Below are positions 38,860 through 48,018 of a DNA stretch of 64,000 nucleotides, piece by piece. Numbering within the stretch: position 1 is the first letter of the stretch; each line of letters starts with the position of its first letter. The DNA is from Candidatus Hydrogenedentota bacterium. Lineage in GTDB: Bacteria; Hydrogenedentota; Hydrogenedentia; Hydrogenedentales; SLHB01. The stretch covers positions 258,146 through 322,145 of the forward strand of contig BTWA01000002.1 of NCBI GenBank assembly GCA_045863295.1, given 5' to 3'. The notes beneath the pieces were generated by a model, which was given only the letters and a program-made list of their open reading frames with translations, ran no database searches and had not been told where the DNA came from. A program made the translations under genes and the position numbers.

Positions 38860-40017
38860 GTGAATGAAACTGTTGCAGGAGTAGAGATTCAGAGCGTGAC
38901 GCACGGTGGACACGGCCTTGCTCGACTGGACGGGCAAGTCTGTTTCGTGCCTGGGGCTCTTCCGGGCGATGTGGTGGATTTGCATCGAGTGCGAAAGCAC
39001 AAGGGCGTTCACTGGGGCGATGTTGCGCGCGTGGTTCGGGCCTCCTCTGATCGCATTGTGGCAGATTGCCCCGTGTTTGGCCGCTGCGGGGGCTGCTCGT
39101 GGCTGCATTTCGCCTATCCAGCGCAGGGGGAGTGGAAGCGGCGGATGGTCGAGGAGGCGTTCCGCCGGCTGGCCCGAATCGAGGTGGCGGTTGTGTTGGC
39201 GGAGGATCCTGCGTATCGATTTCATTACCGCACGCGTGCCCGATTTCATGGAGACGGTGCGTGTTGGGGATTTTTTGCCGAAGCGAGTCACGATGTCGTG
39301 GATATCGTGGCCTGTCCGTTGTTGCATCCCTTTCTGAACACTGCGTTCGCGAAATTGCGCGAAACCGATTTCAGGGGTGAAGTGGAGATTACGGTACATC
39401 CTGAAACCGGCGAAACCCTGGTTTGGACTCATGCGATTGCAGATGAATTGCGCCGTGTTTTTCCTTCGGTAGAGTGCCGCCAAAGCAACACGCGATCGCA
39501 GTTTCTGTTCGATGGCGCGCCCATCGTCAACGGCACGTTTTCCCAGAGTAGCCTTCTGCTTAACCGGTTGTTGGTTTCTCGTGTGCGGGATTTGGCCGCC
39601 GGTGCGAAACGCGTGATCGATCTTTATTGTGGAAGCGGCAATTTCTCGCTTGGATTTGCCGATTCGGCAGAGGTGATTGGGATTGATCACAATTACCTTG
39701 GCGTATCGGCAGCCGCAAAACTTGGGAAGGGCGAATACATATGTGGCAATGAGGACCTTATGGCGCGAACTTTGGGCGAGGCTCCTTGGGATGTCGTCAT
39801 TCTTGATCCGCCGCGCACTGGCGCCAAGGCCATTGTACCGGCACTGGCGAGTACCCATGCCGGGCGCATTATCTATGTATCGTGTGACCCGGCCACACTT
39901 GCCCGGGATGCGGCACAGCTAGCTGGCCAGGGTTGGCGAATTGACAATGTGACGGCAGTGGACATGTTTCCTTTTACGTGCCATGTGGAAGTCATTTGTG
40001 TGTTTTCCCGTCTTTGA
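38860..40017 (+). CDS. rlmD: RlmD/TrmA-family RNA (uracil-5)-methyltransferase with TRAM domain
   Basis: FVPGALPGD, CPVFGRCGGC, DLYCGSG, LDPPRTG, YVSCDPATLARD, DMFPFTCHVE. Confidence 0.85.
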   Translation: MNETVAGVEIQSVTHGGHGLARLDGQVCFVPGALPGDVVDLHRVRKHKGVHWGDVARVVRASSDRIVADCPVFGRCGGCSWLHFAYPAQGEWKRRMVEEAFRRLARIEVAVVLAEDPAYRFHYRTRARFHGDGACWGFFAEASHDVVDIVACPLLHPFLNTAFAKLRETDFRGEVEITVHPETGETLVWTHAIADELRRVFPSVECRQSNTRSQFLFDGAPIVNGTFSQSSLLLNRLLVSRVRDLAAGAKRVIDLYCGSGNFSLGFADSAEVIGIDHNYLGVSAAAKLGKGEYICGNEDLMARTLGEAPWDVVILDPPRTGAKAIVPALASTHAGRIIYVSCDPATLARDAAQLAGQGWRIDNVTAVDMFPFTCHVEVICVFSRL

Positions 40018-40121
40018 CACCCTTCCCCGGTGTCGGGTAGCATCCGCAAGTCTGTTTGCAGCAACGATACCCATACCGTTCCAACGGTGCACTGTGCCAA
40101 TTCAGGAAGTGATGGAACCTC

Positions 40122-42965
40122 ATGACTGCTGAAGCTCGTACCCGCGTTTCGCTGGATACCCGTACTAATCCGGGATGGACGTCCTGGGTCCTTTTTCTGA
40201 TCATATTGATCTTCTTCTTTGGTTCTGGGGCCTGCGGCCTGGTCTATCAGGTGGTATGGACGCGTAAACTCGTGCTTTTGTTGGGGACAGCGTCGTACGC
40301 AGTGAGTACTGTGTTGTCCGTGTTTTTCTTGGGGTTGGGTGTGGGCAGTCTCTGGGGCGGGCGGTTGGCGGACCGTAGTGCTCGACCGCTTTTTCTTTAT
40401 GGCGTCTTTGAAATTCTGATTGGTGTCTGGGCAGCCGTCTTCATACTTACTGTTGATCACGTGGAGGCACTTGCCATCCCGCTTCTGCGGCTTGGCGAAT
40501 CCGCGCGATTGACCGGGGTCGGCATTCGTGCCTTGCTTGCATTGGCGTTCTTGATTGTCCCTGTCACTCTGATGGGGGCGACACTGCCGCTGCTGGCGCG
40601 ATACGTTACGCGCCAAAAGTCTTATTGGGGCGGCCGAGTCGGGTCGCTCTACAGTCTTAATACGTTCGGTGCCGTGGCAGGTTGTGCGAGCGCTGGATTC
40701 CTGTTGCTGCCTGCGCTGGGATACACGCGGTCGACCTTTCTCGGAGTGCTTGTCAATGTTTTGATCGGTTTAGCTGCTTTGGCTATGTCACGTGCGACTG
40801 AACGCGGATCTCACATTGAACAGGAGCCGGAGTCGGATGTCGATCCGGAAACCGTGCGTTCCAAGGCGACGCCGGCTGTCCTGATTGCGTTTGCGGTTTC
40901 AGGATTTTGTTTTCTTGCGCTGGAAGTATTTTGGACCCGTCTGCTGACCATTGTTTTTTTAGGCACCACCTACGCATATACGACCATGTTGACCACCGTT
41001 TTATGCGGTATTGCGCTGGGTAGTCTCTGTGCAGCGGCGTTTGTTGATCGTATCAAACGGCCGGTACTGACCTACGGCATTGTGCAGTCGATGACGGCCG
41101 TGGCTTGCCTTGCCATGATGCCATTGCTCGCACAACTCCCGGATTATTTTGCGGCTGCGCAGCAAGACGCGGGCTATACCTGGGATCCGATGATTTGGAG
41201 CAAGTTTCGTTTGTCCTTTGCCATGTTGTTCGCGCCTACCTTTCTTTTCGGCATGAGTTTTCCGTTTGCCGTGCGCGCGTTGACCGCGTTGAATCCCCGG
41301 CGCATTGGTCGCGATGTAGGTTTGTTGTATGGCTTCAACACGTTGGGCGGCGTAGTTGGAGCGTTTGCCGCCGGTTTCGTGCTCATTTCCTGGATCGGGA
41401 CCCACAACGGCATTCTTGCGATGGGGCTGTTCATTGCCGTTTCCGGAATTCTGCTTATTGTCTCGTGTCCGGAATCCAAGGCGGCGTGGAAGACCGGGTT
41501 TGGCATGTCCACGGCCGTAGCGACGGTGGTAGCCGTATTTCTGCTTCCCGACGACGTGGGGTTGGCAATGAATCGATCGTACATGCCTGAAGATCACCGG
41601 CTGATTACGGTGCACGAGGGCATAGAGGGCACGGTAGCGGTGACTGAACCGATTGAGAAGGAGTCCGGCCGCGATCGGGCGCTTTGGATTAACGGCGTAC
41701 AGGCGACGGTGTCCATTGAGAAGGGCATCAAGATGAACCGGTTTCAGGGCGTACTCCCTCTCTTGTTCGATCGCGACCCCAAGCGGGTTTTGTTCATGTG
41801 TTTCGGATCGGGGATTACCTGTGGCACGCTAGGCATGTCGGATTTTGAATCCATCGACGCTGTGGAGATTTCGCCTGACGTATTGCGGGCAGCTCCGTTG
41901 TTTGCAATCGACAATTTTTCCGTAGTTTCCAACCCCAAGGTGACGTTTCACGTCGACGACGGGCGCAATTTTTTGCTTCGCACAGCGAAGATGTACGACG
42001 TCATTACCTTTGAGCCGATGCCATTGGCGCTGGCCGGCGTGTCCACATTCTATACGCAAGATTACTACCGTCTGTGCCTTGAGCGCCTTTCGCCGGGAGG
42101 TCTTGTGTCGCAGTGGGTGCCGCTGCACAGTTTGAATCCGGAAGTTGTACGGTCACTGGTCCGCACGTTTCGTGAAGTGTTTCCGGAATACTGCGCATGG
42201 TTTTTGAACGCGGACATGTTCTTGATCGGATCGAATCAGCCATTGCGTTTGGACTATGCGCGCGCACAGGCACTGATGAAGAACGAGCCGTTGGCACAAG
42301 CGCTGGCGGATGTGGGGTTGCCCGATTTGCCGGAATTGTATGCCAACTTTGTGTTATCGAAGGAGGGGGTGGAGCAATTCAGCCAGGACGGCCGAACCAT
42401 GTCAGACGACCGCCCTTGGGCGGAATTCGAAGCCCCCAAGCTGATCTATAAGCGAAGCGTTCAGGAAAGCCTTGCCGCGATCCGTAGCGTTCAGACGAGC
42501 CCGTTGGATTACCTCGACTTTTCCGGTCTTCCGGAGCCGGAACAGGCCGCGGCCAGGGAGGCTGTCGCACGCCGGGTCGAGGCGCGCAAGGTAGATCTTG
42601 AAGGTGTCCAGCTGTTTTATGGTGGCATGGTAGGGAGTGGTCAGGAGAGCAAGTTTCTGGAGGCGTTAGCCGTCGATCCGCTTGACGCCAACGCGCGGCA
42701 TTATCTTCGCGAGATGGCGGAAAACCATGCAAAAATCTACGTGGATTGGGAGGACTACGCTACACTTGAGGAGTTTCTAAATAAGCTACAGGCGGCGATG
42801 GGGGAAGATTTGAGTCTGGAGTTGGCGTTTGGCGATCTCCGGTTTGCCCAAGGGCAAGTTGAGGCCGCTAGAGTGCATTATCGCCGATATGTAGAACTGG
42901 GTGGGACAGAAGTGCGGGCCAACGCCCGGCTGGAGGAAACCCTCGCCCCGAATCGCGATTCTTGA
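40122..42965 (+). CDS. fused MFS/spermidine synthase-like membrane protein
   Basis: SGACGLVYQVVWTR, LMGATLP and LYSLNTFGAV repeated in two halves; SAM-type domain FGSGIT, VEIS, DDGRNFL, QWVPLH. Confidence 0.88.
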   Translation: MTAEARTRVSLDTRTNPGWTSWVLFLIILIFFFGSGACGLVYQVVWTRKLVLLLGTASYAVSTVLSVFFLGLGVGSLWGGRLADRSARPLFLYGVFEILIGVWAAVFILTVDHVEALAIPLLRLGESARLTGVGIRALLALAFLIVPVTLMGATLPLLARYVTRQKSYWGGRVGSLYSLNTFGAVAGCASAGFLLLPALGYTRSTFLGVLVNVLIGLAALAMSRATERGSHIEQEPESDVDPETVRSKATPAVLIAFAVSGFCFLALEVFWTRLLTIVFLGTTYAYTTMLTTVLCGIALGSLCAAAFVDRIKRPVLTYGIVQSMTAVACLAMMPLLAQLPDYFAAAQQDAGYTWDPMIWSKFRLSFAMLFAPTFLFGMSFPFAVRALTALNPRRIGRDVGLLYGFNTLGGVVGAFAAGFVLISWIGTHNGILAMGLFIAVSGILLIVSCPESKAAWKTGFGMSTAVATVVAVFLLPDDVGLAMNRSYMPEDHRLITVHEGIEGTVAVTEPIEKESGRDRALWINGVQATVSIEKGIKMNRFQGVLPLLFDRDPKRVLFMCFGSGITCGTLGMSDFESIDAVEISPDVLRAAPLFAIDNFSVVSNPKVTFHVDDGRNFLLRTAKMYDVITFEPMPLALAGVSTFYTQDYYRLCLERLSPGGLVSQWVPLHSLNPEVVRSLVRTFREVFPEYCAWFLNADMFLIGSNQPLRLDYARAQALMKNEPLAQALADVGLPDLPELYANFVLSKEGVEQFSQDGRTMSDDRPWAEFEAPKLIYKRSVQESLAAIRSVQTSPLDYLDFSGLPEPEQAAAREAVARRVEARKVDLEGVQLFYGGMVGSGQESKFLEALAVDPLDANARHYLREMAENHAKIYVDWEDYATLEEFLNKLQAAMGEDLSLELAFGDLRFAQGQVEAARVHYRRYVELGGTEVRANARLEETLAPNRDS

Positions 42966-43052
42966 ATTCCAAGCGGCGTTTTTGGTCGGTGTGCGAGCCT
43001 GCTCTCGACGAGCCACGTTTCCAACTCATTTATTGGCCTTGGGTTCCGTTGC

Positions 43053-43079
43053 TAAAGTTTTCAGAAGATTTGCCGATAT
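43053..43079 (+). promoter_or_regulatory. sigma-28 (FliA/SigD) promoter
   Basis: TAAAGTTT-N11-GCCGATAT against consensus TAAAGTTT-N11-GCCGATAA. Confidence 0.85.
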
Positions 43080-43196
43080 ACCGAATGTCCGAAGTACCTG
43101 AATACTACTTCCTGCCGACCTTGGGAACGGTGGGGGCGAATTCGGGTGGACGGCTCAGGCACGGATGCCTGACGCCAATGGCTAAGGAGAGCAGCA

Positions 43197-43499
43197 ATGG
43201 TTGGCATATATGGTATCGGCGAATTGCCGGGGCCTGCCAACGCCGTTTCAGCGCAGGCCACCGGCAAACGTCCGGACACAAAACTGGCCACACTTTCAAG
43301 CGACACCGTGTCGTTCAGTCAGGCAGCCGAGGATTTGTCGGTGGTGTTGTTTGCAAAACAGAACGCGGCAAACGACGAATTCCGGCAAGAGCGGATTGAA
43401 GAGGCCCGGCAGAATCTGCAGAAGGGGCTACACCAGGTCCAAGGTTTGATTGAAGTGGTGGCTTCGCGCATCAGCAGGTATGTCGAATCGGAAGTATAG
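43197..43499 (+). CDS. flgM: FlgM-like anti-sigma-28 factor
   Basis: RBS AAGGAG; DTVSFSQAA...RQERIEEARQNLQKG...VASRI pattern; sigma-28 promoter upstream. Confidence 0.65.
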   Translation: MVGIYGIGELPGPANAVSAQATGKRPDTKLATLSSDTVSFSQAAEDLSVVLFAKQNAANDEFRQERIEEARQNLQKGLHQVQGLIEVVASRISRYVESEV

Positions 43500-43569
43500 A
43501 GGTGCGGCCGCTTGAGCGTATCTGCGAACGGTGAGATTCGCCTCATAGGGATTTGCCGGTTTGCGGGGC

Positions 43570-44256
43570 CTATATGCCCGGTATTTTTATCCCTGTCTCT
43601 TCAGCGACACTTTCCAGTACTTTTTCCAGAGCAATTGCAATGGCCCTATCGACTGTAATGGCTTTTCCGCCGGTGATTGTCTCGTAGTCGATTTCAATCG
43701 TATCGAGCGAAAACACCTCTTGTTCTTCCAGGAGCAACGGCGAACCCACTTTCACCCGGCATTGATCCAATACGCCTTTCTTAAGTTGCAAACTTGCGGT
43801 CGACGAGGGTGGCGCCACGGGTAACCGTCGCACTTGCTTTTGCAGCCTGACCGCACTCTTTTGAAGTTGTGCCAGGTTTACGCCTCTTTTGAGGTCATGG
43901 CGCACAGTAACCGACACTCCAGACGCCTGAATCCGATGAATAACCGGTTCGCCGGACGCGAACGTGCTCAGGTCTGTGAGCACCGAGATTCTGTCAAAGA
44001 CAACCGCATCTTCTTCGGGGAAGCCTTTTGGATTGGCGATATGGACTCCGAGGACATTCAATTCCCCGGACATTGGATCAACGGAGACGGAATCTAGCAC
44101 GACATTAGTTTCCATCACGAACGAGAGTGCCGTTTGGACAACAGCGGCGGCGACTCGTTCTAGGGAAGCTTCTCCGCTGGTTTTCGATCCAAACGCCGGC
44201 TTCGTTGTGGCTATTGCCGCAGCCAAGATTGCCATCCCGTACAATGCTTTCTTCAT
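43570..44256 (-). CDS. AsmA-like exported protein
   Basis: Signal peptide; VVLDSVSVDPMSGELNVLGVHIANPKGF...GVNLAQL. Confidence 0.55.
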   Translation of the reverse strand: MKKALYGMAILAAAIATTKPAFGSKTSGEASLERVAAAVVQTALSFVMETNVVLDSVSVDPMSGELNVLGVHIANPKGFPEEDAVVFDRISVLTDLSTFASGEPVIHRIQASGVSVTVRHDLKRGVNLAQLQKSAVRLQKQVRRLPVAPPSSTASLQLKKGVLDQCRVKVGSPLLLEEQEVFSLDTIEIDYETITGGKAITVDRAIAIALEKVLESVAEETGIKIPGI

Positions 44257-44300
44257 CCGGAGCGGGACTCCATTCTACGGCTGTTACGTCAATGGAATAT

Positions 44301-46190
44301 TTATACCGATTCTTTTGACAGAGTTTCGTACGCTTCAACCGTACCGCCGGACATGCAGCATTCGATGATTCTTTTGCCAATGGGATGCAAATCCGGCACA
44401 AGGAAAGTCTCTAACTCGCGTTTGAAGAAGTCATAGAGTTGGGCCGCTCCGGCATCGTACGCCTTCAATCCGACCTCCGGTTGGGTTTCTACCTGCAAGA
44501 ACCAATGACCGATCACAGTGCCTTCGATTTGCAGAGTTTTCGGGCTGTATCCCAACAATGGACAACGAGAGGTCACCAACTGCCCTTGGCGAAATCGGCT
44601 GAATCCGCGTCGTGCCAGGTATTCCCTCGTGAGCCACTGCGGCATGAAGCCCACTCTCCAGGCGCCAATATGTTGATTGGGGCAGAGAATAAAGAGCGAG
44701 TCGGACGTTGCCATGATCTGTTTAAGGAGCAAGTTTGCCTGATCCACGCGCCGACCCGTGGCAAAGGGCCAGTAGCTGCCTACGCCCTCGCTGGGAATAC
44801 CTTCGCTGTCATCCACAATACTTGGGTTGGCGTGTCCTCGCGGTGCCGTCAGTCGCCACAACCAGGCAAGTGCTGGCGGAAGAATGTGAAACAAGCCGAT
44901 AATTCCATAACTTGGAATCTTTTTGGTACATGGAGGGGTGCGTACTCCAAAGCTACGGATATCCACGGTAACGCTCCCCTCGACTACATCGGGCACGGCT
45001 TTTCGCGGCAGAATCACTCGTGGGTTTGGGCACCGTTTCCCGGGTTCGTCTTCGATATGTTCCCAAATCAGGGCGGTGCTGTCAGGCACTGCATCAATGT
45101 TTAAGAACAACAAGGGGGCCTTGGGTTCGATCGTCATTTTTTCGAGGTGGTAATCGGTGCCATACCGATCGATGTGGTTCACGCGCACAAACCAGGCATC
45201 CTCCGCATCCATGAGGCGCAGCTTTTTGTCTTTGCTGGCAATACTGCGGTGGCAAAGCGCCATGTCGTCCACGACAGGCCTTACTTCGCAACCGCGCGGA
45301 AGGGTGATGTGTCTTTGCTCGCCAGTCACGATATTTTCGCCGACCAGCAATCGCCCATCGGACTCGCGTTGAATGTGCTGCAGCATTTCTGATTTTCCGC
45401 CGCCGCTCGCGCCTTCGTGCATGATAACGACTTGATTGTCGTATGGTGTTATCACCATCGCGGTCGAGCAGTGGGCCGTAACCCACCCTTCTTGCTCTCC
45501 GAGGTTGATTAGCATTCCATACACGCCTTTCTTGGCGCTTGGACCTGGATAGAGGTTGTAACTGAACAAGTCATGCCGGTTATCACGGCGCTCGTGCACC
45601 ACCATTTGGCGGCCCTTGAAATGCGTATGCCGGAAAGGCGGCGCGACAAAAATAAATGCGCGTGGGGTGTAATTGTCGCCTATTTCCTGCTCGGTCAGTA
45701 TGCCCTGCAGCAGCGCCAAGCCAAACGCGAAAAAGCCTGCGTTCAAGGGGCAAATCGCGAGCGCCGGAATGGCCTTTGAATCTTGACCCGCGCGAAACGC
45801 AAAGACCGCGAGATCTTGCGTTTTCAGCCAAGCCAGCGATTCTTCGCGCAGATCGCGGAACGGCGTGCCGAAGCGGTCGGAGAAACGCCTTTTGTCCGAG
45901 GCGAGTTCGTCGCCGATGACCATGCAATCGGGATCCCTGCGTCGCATGTACGCTTCCGGATAGTTCGCACTGATACCGTTCCTGACACGGCAAACGCGTG
46001 CCTCGGTCACGCGACCTATATTGGGAACGTCATACGCCACTTCGTGATAGCCGCCGATTGCGTCACGCAACGAAAGCTCCATAAGTTCCATGGAATCGAA
46101 GGCAAATAGAACCGATGGGGCGCTTTCCAGGACTTTTTGGACGTCCTCCGGCAGCACCATTTGATTCCAAGGATGCACAGCGGTTTGCAT
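44301..46190 (-). CDS. DUF4914 family protein (PEP-carboxykinase-like fold)
   Basis: YMRRRDP, YNLYPGPSAKKGVYG, HEGASGGGKSEML, SEGVGSYWPFATG. Confidence 0.8.
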   Translation of the reverse strand: MQTAVHPWNQMVLPEDVQKVLESAPSVLFAFDSMELMELSLRDAIGGYHEVAYDVPNIGRVTEARVCRVRNGISANYPEAYMRRRDPDCMVIGDELASDKRRFSDRFGTPFRDLREESLAWLKTQDLAVFAFRAGQDSKAIPALAICPLNAGFFAFGLALLQGILTEQEIGDNYTPRAFIFVAPPFRHTHFKGRQMVVHERRDNRHDLFSYNLYPGPSAKKGVYGMLINLGEQEGWVTAHCSTAMVITPYDNQVVIMHEGASGGGKSEMLQHIQRESDGRLLVGENIVTGEQRHITLPRGCEVRPVVDDMALCHRSIASKDKKLRLMDAEDAWFVRVNHIDRYGTDYHLEKMTIEPKAPLLFLNIDAVPDSTALIWEHIEDEPGKRCPNPRVILPRKAVPDVVEGSVTVDIRSFGVRTPPCTKKIPSYGIIGLFHILPPALAWLWRLTAPRGHANPSIVDDSEGIPSEGVGSYWPFATGRRVDQANLLLKQIMATSDSLFILCPNQHIGAWRVGFMPQWLTREYLARRGFSRFRQGQLVTSRCPLLGYSPKTLQIEGTVIGHWFLQVETQPEVGLKAYDAGAAQLYDFFKRELETFLVPDLHPIGKRIIECCMSGGTVEAYETLSKESV

Positions 46191-46463
46191 ATTCTCATCT
46201 CCCGATAGAATCGGCGGTATGCCGATTTATGGATTTCAGTTCCTTCGTTTTCCGCGCTTGGATTGGTAGCGGGATGCTGCCTGTTTTGCATTACCGAGGC
46301 ATGGAAGGTATGTACAACAAAATCCAGCGAGGCGCCCGGTGCCCGGCACAATTGGCCGTCAGATTTACGCATATCCGGGCATTTGAAGGGGTATTATAGC
46401 GAATTTGGGGTCTTGACGCGAATTTGGCGTAACGGCTTAGATTTATTGGAACAAATGGAGCGG

Positions 46464-47555
46464 TCAGTTTGCGTGGCGCGGCTGCAGTTTTGTGCGAACC
46501 GTGCCCGCCGATTCGACTTCGCCTAACTTGGTAAACAGTTCGAGCGCGATGGAATAGCGGGATGCACTTAGCCGGAGCAGGCCCGCGCGGCATTCCGCGT
46601 CGGCCTGTGATTCAAACATTCGTGCGCTGTTGGCGAGCAACGCTCTGGCTCGAATGGGATCGCTGGGCAGCAACATCGCGCCGGCTCTTTGCATGACCCA
46701 TGCTCCGAAGCCAAGAAAGCCGCTTGAGTCCAAGGGCGTCACGAGTTCCAGCAGTTGATCGATTTCCGTACCCTTAACCGCTGTCTTGGCCTCGGCGGTC
46801 ATCGCGAGCTTCACTTTTTCGAACCCTTCGGCGAGCTTGCTTAAATAGACCACGGCCCGCTCTTCCTGGGCCTGGGCCTTGTGCTCCCTGTCCTGGGCCG
46901 ACCCTTCCTCGGCATTGCGAATGCGCGGCGTCCGGCGCTTCAACGTGAGCGACTGTTGCCATTGGTGCACAATCAATTCACGGGATTTCTTGAGTGCGGA
47001 ATCGGCCAATTCGAGATAGGCATAGCGCAGCGGCGCGAATTCAATGGATTGCGACAGCAGCCGTTCGGAAATCAGCACGACCGATTCCACGGCGTGGGTC
47101 AGTTGGTTTGCCCGGAGCATGTTCTCCAGCATATCCGTACAATAACTTCCAAAGACGTTTGGACCGAGCCGGCTTGGGTTGTCGCGCAGGCCTTCGATTT
47201 CTTTCAGGAGATGCCGAAGGATTAGGTCGGCCGCGAATGTATACCCCAATTCAGGATTCAGCGAGGGGGCGCGGTCTTTTCGGGCGGCGATGGCTTCTGT
47301 GGCCAATCTGACCTCTGAAGCCATAACGTAAAAGCCGTTCTGGGCCGCAAGTTGCTTGAGTTCTTTCGTTGCATCGGCTTGGCTCGGGACCCGATTCGGA
47401 TCCGTGGACAACACGGATTCCACCAGTTCACGTAAGTTCACCGCAGGCTTTGCGAGCGGTGTCACTCGTTCGGTGTCCACCAATTCGTTTTGCAAGGGAT
47501 CTTCCATACGTCTGCTTGGGGGAGGGGTATTCGTAAATCTCCGGATAAAGCTCAT
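46464..47555 (-). CDS. hypothetical alpha-helical protein
   Basis: Long ORF with no competing gene; no recognisable motif. Confidence 0.6.
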   Translation of the reverse strand: MSFIRRFTNTPPPSRRMEDPLQNELVDTERVTPLAKPAVNLRELVESVLSTDPNRVPSQADATKELKQLAAQNGFYVMASEVRLATEAIAARKDRAPSLNPELGYTFAADLILRHLLKEIEGLRDNPSRLGPNVFGSYCTDMLENMLRANQLTHAVESVVLISERLLSQSIEFAPLRYAYLELADSALKKSRELIVHQWQQSLTLKRRTPRIRNAEEGSAQDREHKAQAQEERAVVYLSKLAEGFEKVKLAMTAEAKTAVKGTEIDQLLELVTPLDSSGFLGFGAWVMQRAGAMLLPSDPIRARALLANSARMFESQADAECRAGLLRLSASRYSIALELFTKLGEVESAGTVRTKLQPRHAN

Positions 47556-48018
47556 CGAATGCTCCCTCGAACGGGCACTTTCCGCCTCACGGCGCACGTG
47601 CTTTCCCAGACACACGCTCTACCCGGCGATTGTCCAAGCTCAGACAAGCCCATTTGGCTTAGTGCTGTCCGGTCGCTCTCAAGGGCCCACCCCCTTGGTC
47701 CGACCGAGTCTTTTCTTGTCCGAGTTCGGTATGCTATTCCCGTACATACCATAATGACGACGCACGCTTTGGGTTCCACGAACTGACCAATGCAGAGGCA
47801 GTATACCTTAAGGGAAGTGGTTTGGCCAGAGTTCCGCCGCACATCTCGTTCATTTTCGGAACACCTTGAAGTCACGGCTAATTACGCATTTTGAGCAAGG
47901 TATGAAAAGTATTCCATAAATTATGGGCAGTCATTGCGTGGTTTTCGGGGTTTTTGTAGGTTTGGCTGTTTCGCTGTGATATTGCGTTCCTACCGAAGTT
48001 TGTACTGGTTAAGTATGG

